DNA of 64,000 nt, from contig DAORAN010000012.1 in assembly GCA_035344175.1 (NCBI GenBank), positions 4,670-68,669 of the forward strand. Direction: 5' to 3'. The notes beneath the pieces are model-generated. The model was given only the letters and a program-made list of their open reading frames with translations. It had not been told where the DNA came from and did no database searches. Below, piece by piece: positions 20,052-28,926 of this stretch (positions are counted from its first letter, which is position 1; each line of letters starts with the position of its first letter). A program made the translations under genes and the position numbers. The stretch is from Woeseiaceae bacterium. GTDB taxonomy: Bacteria > Pseudomonadota > Gammaproteobacteria > Steroidobacterales > Woeseiaceae.

Positions 20052-20369
20052 CTATGTGTGATTCGGGTCGTTGTGCATCGTTAAGCTGAAAACTTCGGGG
20101 AGTTGGGATAGCTTGCGCTCGAGCAATCGCAGATTGACAGTAGTTGCACCGCTGATTGCGATGGTTATGATCTGCTGATTGTCATCAGTCAGTCTGGATT
20201 CGGAAGTAATCGGTACGACGGCGAAAGTCGCTAGCAGACCATAAATCCTTGCAAGTATCGTCGGGACGACCTCAGCAAAAACTATGAATGACGTAAGTTC
20301 CCGACGTTTTTCTTCTGCGGAAATCTCGTTGAACTCCTGTTCAATTTTTGTTACAACGCGTAGCAGGGT
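20052..20369 (-). pseudogene. ACT-domain-like ORF without a canonical start codon (pseudogene or non-canonical start)
   Basis: 105-codon open frame TLLRVVTKIEQEFNEISAEEKRRELTSFIVFAEVVPTILARIYGLLATFAVVPITSESRLTDDNQQIITIAISGATTVNLRLLERKLSQLPEVFSLTMHNDPNHT*. No in-frame ATG/GTG/TTG near the 5' end, which is why it is absent from the ORF track. Pattern recalls IlvN/IlvH-type ACT domains. Confidence 0.3.
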
Positions 20370-20403
20370 TTAATGCTAATGAACCTGCCTACACATGTAA
20401 TAT

Positions 20404-21768
20404 TCAGCAATTTAGAAAATGTTGGTATTCGGAATAAAAGTCCCTGACAGCATCTAACAGGGACTCAATATCACTGTTCGTGTGCTCCAAGCTAAGGCTG
20501 ATTAGGCCCCGTCTGGCGACATACATGCCGCGCTCAAGCATCGCCATATGAAACAATCGGCGCGCGCTGGAATCTGCATCTTCTATGTCCGCATGACTTG
20601 AGATAGTTCGGCAGTGAAAATGAATGTTCATCACCGCGCCTAAACCCGTGACCTGAACATTGACGCCGCTTTTCTTCGACAACGTGTTCATGCGAAGTCG
20701 CAATTCATCCCCTCGCCGATTGAGTTCGATACATGCTGTGGGCGTGTAAACATCGCGAGCGCCTGCAAGACCCGCGGCCATTGTGACTATGTTGTTGTTG
20801 AACGTTCCGGCCTGCTTCAGCGTGCCTCCGTCGGAGGAATCCAAATGCCTCATAAGATGTCGAGAGCCGCCGAATGCTCCAAAATTGAATCCGCCACCCC
20901 AGAATTTCCCAAGCGTCGTAAGGTCGGGCTTTATATCGTATATGCTCTGTGCACCTCCAGGTGCAAGGCGACTGGTCATCACTTCGTCGAAAATCAATAT
21001 GCTATCTGCACTCTCAGTTTCCTTGCGTAGCATTTGCAGGAATTCTCGGGTCGCGGGAATGGCGCCCCCCGAGCCCATTACTGGCTCAACTATCACGGCG
21101 GCCAAAGTCGGGGCAGCGTTTCTGATAGCCTCACACGTTGCGCGAATATCGTTGAAAGGGCACTTGATGAAATCCCCCGGAATATTCAACAGCGAGTCGT
21201 CGGACTCACCAAAAACCATGAAGCCCCCATGGTAAGCGCCGCGAAAAACAATTACGGACGATCGTTGCGTAATGGCACGCGCGATGGTGACGGCGAAAAG
21301 GCAGGCTTCTGTCCCTGAATTGCAGAAGCGCATTTGTTCAATCGAAGGTATACGACTGCAAATAAGATCTGCAAATTCCGCTTCGATCAAAGTTACTCCG
21401 CCGACAGATATCCCTTGGGACATCGCTTTCAAAGCGGCATCCGCAATTACCTCGTTGGAATGCCCGTAAAGGCCAGCCGTATAATCGCCGAGAAAATCTA
21501 GGTATTCGTGACCATCGATATCGGTAACACGAGCGCCTGTACTGTGAGCGATAGACAGCGGGTACGGCGAGTACATAAGTGTTTGGCGAGTATGGCCACC
21601 TGCCAATGACTCGGCAGCAACCTGATGTTGTGCCAGGCTCTTCGGATTAGCCGCCTTAAAATCGTATTCAAGCCGGTTCAGGACAATTTGCAGTGGCGTT
21701 TCGGAAGCGGGAGAGGTTTTCATTGGGTTCAGATCCGATATATGGGCAGGTGTATAGGGCAGAGACAA
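20404..21768 (-). CDS. class-III (GSA-aminomutase-like) PLP aminotransferase
   Basis: FCNSGTEA, IVEPVMGSGG, ILIFDEVMTSR and PLP-lysine block DLTTLGKFWGGGFNFGAFGG, as in glutamate-1-semialdehyde aminomutase-like transaminases. Confidence 0.85.
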   Translation of the reverse strand: MSLPYTPAHISDLNPMKTSPASETPLQIVLNRLEYDFKAANPKSLAQHQVAAESLAGGHTRQTLMYSPYPLSIAHSTGARVTDIDGHEYLDFLGDYTAGLYGHSNEVIADAALKAMSQGISVGGVTLIEAEFADLICSRIPSIEQMRFCNSGTEACLFAVTIARAITQRSSVIVFRGAYHGGFMVFGESDDSLLNIPGDFIKCPFNDIRATCEAIRNAAPTLAAVIVEPVMGSGGAIPATREFLQMLRKETESADSILIFDEVMTSRLAPGGAQSIYDIKPDLTTLGKFWGGGFNFGAFGGSRHLMRHLDSSDGGTLKQAGTFNNNIVTMAAGLAGARDVYTPTACIELNRRGDELRLRMNTLSKKSGVNVQVTGLGAVMNIHFHCRTISSHADIEDADSSARRLFHMAMLERGMYVARRGLISLSLEHTNSDIESLLDAVRDFYSEYQHFLNC

Positions 21769-21784
21769 TCTTACTTATGCGTAA

Positions 21785-21799
21785 GATCTGAGATCTCAG
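21785..21799. promoter_or_regulatory. island operator-like motif, copy 1 (aminotransferase/GntR divergent promoter)
   Basis: The reverse complement reads CTGAGATCTCAGATC. It contains the perfect 12-bp palindrome CTGAGATCTCAG (21788-21799) and matches copy 2 at 14/15 positions. Confidence 0.45.
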
Positions 21800-21853
21800 T
21801 TATCAATTCAGTTTAGCTCAACGTATACTGCACTTCAATATTCGCGGGATACC

Positions 21854-22606
21854 TTGCGATGCAGTACTTCGCAGGCTCGGAGGAGATCCACTATTAGTCC
21901 CAAGAAAGCGAAACAATCACGTTTCGGCCAGAACCCTATTGCCCACGAACCAGTGAGGGCACAGGTGTATCGGGATTTGAAGCAGGCGATCCTGGGAGCC
22001 CAAGTCAAACCCGGCGAGATTCTAAGTATTCGTGTGATCGCCGAGGATTTTAATACCAGTACCATGCCTGTGCGTGAAGCGGCTGCGCGCCTGATTTCAG
22101 AGGGCGCGCTTGAGGCGATACCTAATCGGGGTTTGCGAGTGCCCACCTTGACGAAGTCCCGCGCAAAAGAAATCTTCGACATACGGGTCATCTTGGAAAG
22201 CTATGCGTGCGAAATAGCGGCTGCCCACGTAACCAAAACTGAGCTAGATGTTTTAAAGCGCCTTGAACGACAAATGGAGCAGGCTTTCGCGGAAAACAAC
22301 GTAAAAAGAGGACTGCGGCTAAACATGGAGTTTCACTTCCATATCTATAAGGCCGCACGGTGTTTGACTATACTGCCACTCATTGAGTCACTTTGGTTGC
22401 AGTACGCGCCGACACTTTATAACCTGATGGACGCGGTTGGTGACACTGGTACTCAAGCCCAATTCGTTCACAATCACCATTCCGCAATCATCGAAGCACT
22501 CGAACAACGGTCACCGCATTTGGCCCGCAACGCGATGCTTGACGATCTCAACTCAACGGCAAATATCCCGGCCTTTTGGGACAAGCTAGGTGCCGACAAC
22601 TCGTAA
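21854..22606 (+). CDS. GntR-family (FadR/FCD-type) transcriptional regulator
   Basis: wHTH IRVIAEDFNTSTMPVREAAARLISEGALEAIPNRGLRV followed by an all-helical FCD-like domain. TTG start at 21854 is uncertain. Confidence 0.85.
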   Translation: MRCSTSQARRRSTISPKKAKQSRFGQNPIAHEPVRAQVYRDLKQAILGAQVKPGEILSIRVIAEDFNTSTMPVREAAARLISEGALEAIPNRGLRVPTLTKSRAKEIFDIRVILESYACEIAAAHVTKTELDVLKRLERQMEQAFAENNVKRGLRLNMEFHFHIYKAARCLTILPLIESLWLQYAPTLYNLMDAVGDTGTQAQFVHNHHSAIIEALEQRSPHLARNAMLDDLNSTANIPAFWDKLGADNS

Positions 22607-22615
22607 ACAGGTATT

Positions 22616-24034
22616 CTAGTTTTCCAGCATCATTCGCCTCCGGTCTTCCCTGGATACACCCTTTCGGCGAGTGCCTGACCACTGCCAAAATACATAGCCT
22701 AAAATCAGCCAGGTCAACAAGATCGAATATTCAACCGGAAAACCACCGTCAGCACCCACTAAGGCTTGCCCAAACGATATTAGGGCGAGTACAGTGGCGA
22801 ATACGGCGCCTATCACAGGCGTTGCTTGTCCGCCCGGCATACGATATCGCGCGTCCGCTTGAGTGTCTTTCTTACGTAGCCGAATTACTGCGACGCAAAC
22901 AAGGAGAAAGACCACGCACATCGCTCCTGACATTGCATTGAATATCGGGATTATAGCTCCTTGGCCGAGGAACGTACCGAGCGCACCGATGATCCCTGTA
23001 AACAACAGTGCGACCGATGGGGTTCCACTCGATTCGCTTACGGCCGTGAAAGGTTTCGGCAGCAGGCTTGCGCGACCGAATCCGAGCAGTACGCGACCTG
23101 CTGCGAAATAGAGCGCGTTCCAGGTTGTAAGAAGACCGAGAATTCCAACAATCAAAGCCGCTTTGCCCAATGCAACTGAGCCAAACGCAGCTTGAAACGC
23201 AGTAGATACAGGCAACGCATCTGCAAGCAACTCATCTCTTGGTAGCACAATAGCTGTAGCGACAATGACCAAAAGATAAAAAACTGCCGCGGCAACGACG
23301 CATCCCACCAGCACGAGTGTTGTGGTGCCTGGCCGCAGCGATTCGGAACGTTCGCCCATGGCCTGTGCTATTACATTAAAGCCAACGTAAAAGAATGGGG
23401 TCACGGCTAGTACGCTGAACAAGCCCTCTCGCGCCGACAGCCCGGACGATCCGGAGTAAAGTGGATGAAGGTTTTCAATATCGCCTCGAAAAATGGCGAA
23501 AAATACGAACAGGGCGGACACAGCAATAAAAGTCATCGTCACCCAAACCTGGATACGACTTACGCCGCGAACACCTTTTGCATTCAGCCACCCTATCAAA
23601 CCCATGAAAAGCAACCCGATCGCCAGAGGGCCAGCATGGATATCATGGCCAAGCGACGAGTAGAGATAGCGGCCTTTTAGTTCCGGTACGAGGTCAGTTA
23701 TCAGCCAACCGACCGCGATCGCCTCATAGGCTATTCCAGAGATGTACGTGAGGGCAATAAACCAACCGGTAACGAACGCCACAACCAAACCATAGGCTTC
23801 GAAATTGAAGACAATCTCGCCGCCAGCTACAGGAAATTTTGCGCATAATTCCGCATAGCACAAAGAAATAAAAACAATAGCAATCGCACCAATTGCGAAG
23901 GCGAGCATTGAGCCCAGACTACCAGCATCTTGCAACCAGGGCCCCATCAACAGAATCCAGCCAACGCCTGTTATAGTGCCAAAGCCCAGACAGAAGAGCC
24001 CCAATGTAGGCAGATCGTGCTTTAGTGTTGCCAC
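22616..24034 (-). CDS. APC-superfamily amino acid/amine permease
   Basis: 472 aa with ~12 TM helices. N-terminal GLFCLGFGTITGVGWILLMG is typical of APC permeases. Confidence 0.85.
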   Translation of the reverse strand: MATLKHDLPTLGLFCLGFGTITGVGWILLMGPWLQDAGSLGSMLAFAIGAIAIVFISLCYAELCAKFPVAGGEIVFNFEAYGLVVAFVTGWFIALTYISGIAYEAIAVGWLITDLVPELKGRYLYSSLGHDIHAGPLAIGLLFMGLIGWLNAKGVRGVSRIQVWVTMTFIAVSALFVFFAIFRGDIENLHPLYSGSSGLSAREGLFSVLAVTPFFYVGFNVIAQAMGERSESLRPGTTTLVLVGCVVAAAVFYLLVIVATAIVLPRDELLADALPVSTAFQAAFGSVALGKAALIVGILGLLTTWNALYFAAGRVLLGFGRASLLPKPFTAVSESSGTPSVALLFTGIIGALGTFLGQGAIIPIFNAMSGAMCVVFLLVCVAVIRLRKKDTQADARYRMPGGQATPVIGAVFATVLALISFGQALVGADGGFPVEYSILLTWLILGYVFWQWSGTRRKGVSREDRRRMMLEN

Positions 24035-24054
24035 AAATCGAGCCCTCCTGGTGA

Positions 24055-26283
24055 CTACTCAGCCGTACCTTGATGCAGCGGCCATTGTTGGCCTTCTGCA
24101 AGCAAGGTCAGTGATGCAGTCTTTTCAACGTCGGCGTGTATTCTTACAAGTGCAATCGCAGATTGCCACGAAGGCAATCGCATTGCTGAAGTCACTTTAC
24201 CAACCACACGTTCGTCGGAGATTACTGCCGCACCGCTACTTCGGCCCGCTAGCGGCCAGGGACTGGAGCAACGGACCATTCTCTTATGCGGTTCCGTGGC
24301 GAGTTTACCGCCGAGCCTGAAAGGAACGTTCGATGCCGGGGAGAAAAACTGTAACGGTGTGAACGGATCTATATCGTCTGGAAACGTCGGCAAGCCCGCT
24401 CGAATTCTAAGTGCCTCTCGCGCAAGAAACCCGCCGGGACGTACTGGTATACCCGGTTGCTTCGTGACCTGATTCCAGATCCCAATCATAGCGTCGGTCG
24501 GTGCAACAATGAAAATGGCTCCCAGATCCTCATCGGCAACGACGCTCATCACATTGCTAACCGTGCCGCCCAAGCCATGACGGTTCTTTCCTACGATCTC
24601 AAGGCAGCCATGAGTAGTCGTATAATCAATCTTTTTCTGATTATGTGGGGGAGGGTTTCGCCGTAGAAATTCCTTGAGTCTTGTCTCCTGTTCTGGTCCA
24701 GCAATGAGCAGCCAGCCGTCATCAAGTCGGACTGCGTGGGCCATCGATTGTGGGCGGTGAGCTTTATCTACCAATATGACAGTCTGCAGCTGTGCCGATG
24801 TATCAGCATCGAAAGTGACACAACGTTCAAGCAGCCAGTGGGTACAGGCATCCCCATAGAGGCCGATTTTCACATCGCTTGATCGGTCAATCGCTAAGTT
24901 GCCGTGTTCCGTTGTCCGCCATTCTTCGTCAACTATATCGAGCCAGTGATTGTCCTTTTCGGCGGTCGTAAACCAGTGTGGACGTTCCCAGCCGCATACC
25001 GACTTAAAATACGCACCGGAAGTTCTAAGTGTCTCGTGAAGTGGCGATTTTCGAATATCGCGGGAGGTCTGGTAGTCATATTCTTCACGCGGCATCGCGC
25101 ACGCGAAGCCAGCTACTTCCGTCACACGATTCTCGATGTACTCTTCTGTGGCCTGGCTTTCGTGGAATCGGCGAATATCAATCGTCGAAACGTCGGTACC
25201 CGGTGCGCCATTGGAAACCCACTCGGCGATATACCGCCCGGCTGCCGGTGACAGGGCGATACCGTTTGAGTTCATCGCAGCCAGGACGTAGAGACCGGAA
25301 ACTTTGGGTACAGGCCCTAACAACATTTTGTCATCGGGTGTGAAGCTCTCGGGCCCGTTCAGTAGCATCTTGATGCCCGCATGCTCCAGAACCGGAAATC
25401 GCTTCATTGCAGTCAGCATGTAGGGTTCAAACTGGTCCCAACGCTCGTCCAGCAGCGAGAATGCAAAATCCTGTCCGAGCTTCTTCGACGAAATCGGGAT
25501 AGCGTCGCTGTCCAGACAGCCAATTATGAGGCCGCCGACCTCCTCTCGCCCATAGAGTTGATCGTCATAGGAAAGGAACATTGGAAGATTGCGGTCGAGC
25601 CCCGCAACGGGCTCGGTGATCAGATACAGATGCTCTAACGCATATAGTGGGAGGCGAATGCCACAGGTTTCAGTAAGTTCGTTTGACCAGAGGCCGGCGG
25701 CCACTATGACGGTGTCGGTTTCTATCATGCCTGCGGTAGTTTCGATTCCCGTAATGCTGCCGTTCGCTGAATTGATCTCGCTTACTGAGGTTTCCTGAAC
25801 AATTGTGACACCCATGTGTCGTGCTGCGCGAGCATAGGCCATGACAAGATCCGTTGGGTTTACCCGGCCATCTCCCGGTACCCACAATCCGCCCGTGAGA
25901 CCTTCAGCTTCAATGATCGGTAGCCTTGCGTGGACTTCGGAGGGGCTCAGCGACTGAAGCTCAATACCACGTAATCTGCCCAGTTCAGGCAGCGCCTGGA
26001 AAACTTGCAGACGGTCCTCGCGATCCGTATACATAACGCGACCGGTCCGCCGCCACCCTACCGAGAGCCCGGTTTCCTGCTCCAGAATCGGGAAGGAATC
26101 TACAGCGTACCGAACCATCTCGAACGCCAGTGCATCGTCACGATATGTTTCCATATTGCCTGCAGAATGCCAGGTCGTACCGGAGCTCAGTGTTGCGCGT
26201 TCCACGAGAATGACATCACGAATGCCCATCTTGGCGAGGTGATAGGCAGTGCTGCAACCCGCGATGCCGCCGCCAATGACCAC
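24055..26283 (-). CDS. FAD-dependent oxidoreductase fused to a GcvT-like folate-binding domain (dimethylglycine/sarcosine dehydrogenase-like)
   Basis: GTG start directly at the dinucleotide fold VIGGGIAGCSTAYHLAKMG. The C-terminal half has aminomethyltransferase-like blocks (LAREALRIRAGLPTFPDDIDP). Confidence 0.85.
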   Translation of the reverse strand: MVIGGGIAGCSTAYHLAKMGIRDVILVERATLSSGTTWHSAGNMETYRDDALAFEMVRYAVDSFPILEQETGLSVGWRRTGRVMYTDREDRLQVFQALPELGRLRGIELQSLSPSEVHARLPIIEAEGLTGGLWVPGDGRVNPTDLVMAYARAARHMGVTIVQETSVSEINSANGSITGIETTAGMIETDTVIVAAGLWSNELTETCGIRLPLYALEHLYLITEPVAGLDRNLPMFLSYDDQLYGREEVGGLIIGCLDSDAIPISSKKLGQDFAFSLLDERWDQFEPYMLTAMKRFPVLEHAGIKMLLNGPESFTPDDKMLLGPVPKVSGLYVLAAMNSNGIALSPAAGRYIAEWVSNGAPGTDVSTIDIRRFHESQATEEYIENRVTEVAGFACAMPREEYDYQTSRDIRKSPLHETLRTSGAYFKSVCGWERPHWFTTAEKDNHWLDIVDEEWRTTEHGNLAIDRSSDVKIGLYGDACTHWLLERCVTFDADTSAQLQTVILVDKAHRPQSMAHAVRLDDGWLLIAGPEQETRLKEFLRRNPPPHNQKKIDYTTTHGCLEIVGKNRHGLGGTVSNVMSVVADEDLGAIFIVAPTDAMIGIWNQVTKQPGIPVRPGGFLAREALRIRAGLPTFPDDIDPFTPLQFFSPASNVPFRLGGKLATEPHKRMVRCSSPWPLAGRSSGAAVISDERVVGKVTSAMRLPSWQSAIALVRIHADVEKTASLTLLAEGQQWPLHQGTAE

Positions 26284-26378
26284 CGCCGTCGCGCTTGATT
26301 TCCACTGTTGCTTGCTGATGTTCTTGCCCCTCTTTGCTTAGGTGCAGCATTACAGTCCGCTATTGACAGGCCGATAGA

Positions 26379-26393
26379 CTGAGATCTAAGATC
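26379..26393. promoter_or_regulatory. island operator-like motif, copy 2 (flavoenzyme/TBDR divergent promoter)
   Basis: CTGAGATCTAAGATC on the + strand, 14/15 identical to the reverse complement of copy 1. Confidence 0.45.
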
Positions 26394-26561
26394 ACGGATG
26401 TCAAGCCTTGGTTGCGACGTCTCACTTGGGTCGCAAGTCCACTTTCGTCGGGGAGTTCACGTCGTTTAGGATCCTGGACCAGGGATCCGCGGGCTAACCT
26501 TGACGCCGCAGCGGCAAGAAATGATCACAGCCGCTATTTACTTGTTCGGGAGGAGAGAATC

Positions 26562-28916
26562 ATGACTAAGGACGATTTAAAAACCGGCACGAGGTCGTTC
26601 TCGATCGACCATTTTATTGGTGAATCACTAGTTATTCTTTGCTCAGCACTAAGTTGTATTGCGTTCTCTGGGCAAGTTCTCGCGCAGGTTTCAGACAGCA
26701 ATTCTGCGACCGGAACTCTGGAAGAAATCACTGTCACAGCACAGCGGCGCGAGCAGCGTATCAACGATATTCCAATCAGTATTACCGCAATCTCTGGTCA
26801 GCAGATCGTGGACTTTGGTGACAAGAGTTTCTATGACGTCGCGAATTCGATTCCCAATCTTGCGTTTGGTATGGGCGCTGGCGCCGGCGGAACCGGCAAC
26901 GGATTCGGAGTCGTGAATGCGAGAGGAATCACACTGAGAGGGGTAGCTGGCGATAACGCCACTAGTTACTACATAGACGATACGCCGCTACCCTTGTCGC
27001 TGGACCCTAGGGTTTTCGAGCTGGAGCGGATCGAGGTATTGCGCGGCCCGCAGGGAACTCTTTTCGGCTCCTCCTCGCTGGGTGGGACCGTACGTTTGAT
27101 CACGCGCCAGCCAAATCTCAATGACTTCAATGCCAAAGTTTCGATCGAGGGAAACTCGACCAAAGATGGAGGTGCAGGATACTCTTCGGCGGTATCTGCA
27201 AATTTGCCGTTCCTGGACAACCAGGCGGCGGTTCGATTGTCCGCATACGGCAGCTACACACCTGGTATTTTTACGCGACGTTTCGGGGTTCAGACCTGGG
27301 AGGACACAGCGCTTCCAGTCAACGTTGGGCCTGGCGACGTCGAAAACGTTGCTGATGAGCGCATTTCTGGGGTCACCGGGACGCTTCGGATTGAGCCGAA
27401 GGCAATCGACGGTTTATCGATCAGCCTGTTGGCGATGACTCAACAAATGAAGTCGAACGGCTTGCCTCTGGCCGATTTCGATATCGACAATCTTATTCAG
27501 GAAAGACCGCTTGATGTCGCCGAAGGTATGGACGAAGACTGGACTTTCGTCGCCTTAACTGGCCGATACGATTTATCGTTCGGTTCTATTGTATTCTCAA
27601 CCAGTCAGTTTGAACGCGACTCTCTCGATCTTGACGACGGTACGGATGTAACGGCATTCTACTCGTCATTTTTTGGCCCCACGATCTCAATCTATAGTCC
27701 GACGCCAACCTACGCTTGGTTCGATACCGACACCAATACCAGCGAGCTGCGTTTTTCATCGGCTTTTAACGGCCCATTCCAGATGATCTTGGGCGTCTAC
27801 AAACAGGAGTCGGATCGTACCTACGATCTGCAGTTAATATCTAGTGGAATAAATGAAATATCCGGCGGGGCCTTGGGTTCTGACCTCACCTATCTGCAGA
27901 ATTCGGGCGCCGGGAATGACGAGACCGCCTACTTTGCAGACCTGACCTACAAGGTTACGGACGCGCTGACTGTGACTGGTGGCGTGCGCTACGCGGACCT
28001 TGAGACTTACTTCTTTAATCGTACAGTCGGTTGGCTCAATGCTGGCGTGACGAATGCGACCGGTTCGGCGCAAGAGGACGCTACCACGCCTCGGTTTACT
28101 GCCCAGTTTCAAGTGAGTGAGCAAAGCAACGTTTATGCGAGCGCCGCGAAGGGCTTCCGAACTGGTGGGTCAACAGGTGCGTTACCGCCAACCTGTGAAG
28201 CACAGCTTATCGAGCTCGGATTGCCCGTGGGCGTACCAATTCCGTTTGAAAGTGACGACTTGTGGACGTACGAGATCGGCACCAAAGGTTCGTGGAAAGG
28301 CAATCGACTCAGTACGCGCGCCGCCGTTTTCTACACAGACTGGAATAACATTCAGCAGGTAACCAATATTGGTGGCCAGTGTGGTGGTTATAATGTCACT
28401 GTAAATTCAGGCGCTGCCGAAATTCGTGGTGGTGAAGTAGAGATCAACTATCTGCCGAATGACCAACTGGAGCTGGTGGCAGGACTCGGTTATACCGATT
28501 CCGAAGTTACAGACGTAGGGTCGAGCCCAACGGCAGTTGTCGGCCAGGAACTATCCGGCGTACCAACGTGGACAGGTTCTCTATCCGGCGAATTTACCTG
28601 GCCAACCGCATTTGGCGACGGGTTCGTGCGGGGCCGCCTGACGTACACGGGAGACAGTATCAGTTATGCGAATGAGGCCGTTGATGGGCTGTCGAGGGAT
28701 TCGTATAGTTTGCTGGATCTCCGCGCGGGTTTGGACCTGAAAATCTGGCGCTTCAGTATCTTTGCAAATAACCTTACAGATGAACGCGCGAACTACGGCG
28801 ATTGGAAGCCTGAAGCGGGCAATTTACCTGCATCAGGCGGACGGCCAGCCCGTTACCGCTACCTGATCAATCAGCCCCGGACCGTTGGAATCGAGGTCAT
28901 CGCCTGGTTCCGGTAA
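26562..28916 (+). CDS. TonB-dependent receptor
   Basis: GGAGGAGA SD before ATG 26562, signal peptide, plug block EEITVTAQRREQRINDIPISITAISG...IEVLRGPQGTLFGSSSLGGTVRLITR, and a long beta-barrel. Confidence 0.9.
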   Translation: MTKDDLKTGTRSFSIDHFIGESLVILCSALSCIAFSGQVLAQVSDSNSATGTLEEITVTAQRREQRINDIPISITAISGQQIVDFGDKSFYDVANSIPNLAFGMGAGAGGTGNGFGVVNARGITLRGVAGDNATSYYIDDTPLPLSLDPRVFELERIEVLRGPQGTLFGSSSLGGTVRLITRQPNLNDFNAKVSIEGNSTKDGGAGYSSAVSANLPFLDNQAAVRLSAYGSYTPGIFTRRFGVQTWEDTALPVNVGPGDVENVADERISGVTGTLRIEPKAIDGLSISLLAMTQQMKSNGLPLADFDIDNLIQERPLDVAEGMDEDWTFVALTGRYDLSFGSIVFSTSQFERDSLDLDDGTDVTAFYSSFFGPTISIYSPTPTYAWFDTDTNTSELRFSSAFNGPFQMILGVYKQESDRTYDLQLISSGINEISGGALGSDLTYLQNSGAGNDETAYFADLTYKVTDALTVTGGVRYADLETYFFNRTVGWLNAGVTNATGSAQEDATTPRFTAQFQVSEQSNVYASAAKGFRTGGSTGALPPTCEAQLIELGLPVGVPIPFESDDLWTYEIGTKGSWKGNRLSTRAAVFYTDWNNIQQVTNIGGQCGGYNVTVNSGAAEIRGGEVEINYLPNDQLELVAGLGYTDSEVTDVGSSPTAVVGQELSGVPTWTGSLSGEFTWPTAFGDGFVRGRLTYTGDSISYANEAVDGLSRDSYSLLDLRAGLDLKIWRFSIFANNLTDERANYGDWKPEAGNLPASGGRPARYRYLINQPRTVGIEVIAWFR

Positions 28917-28926
28917 GTATAAAGTG

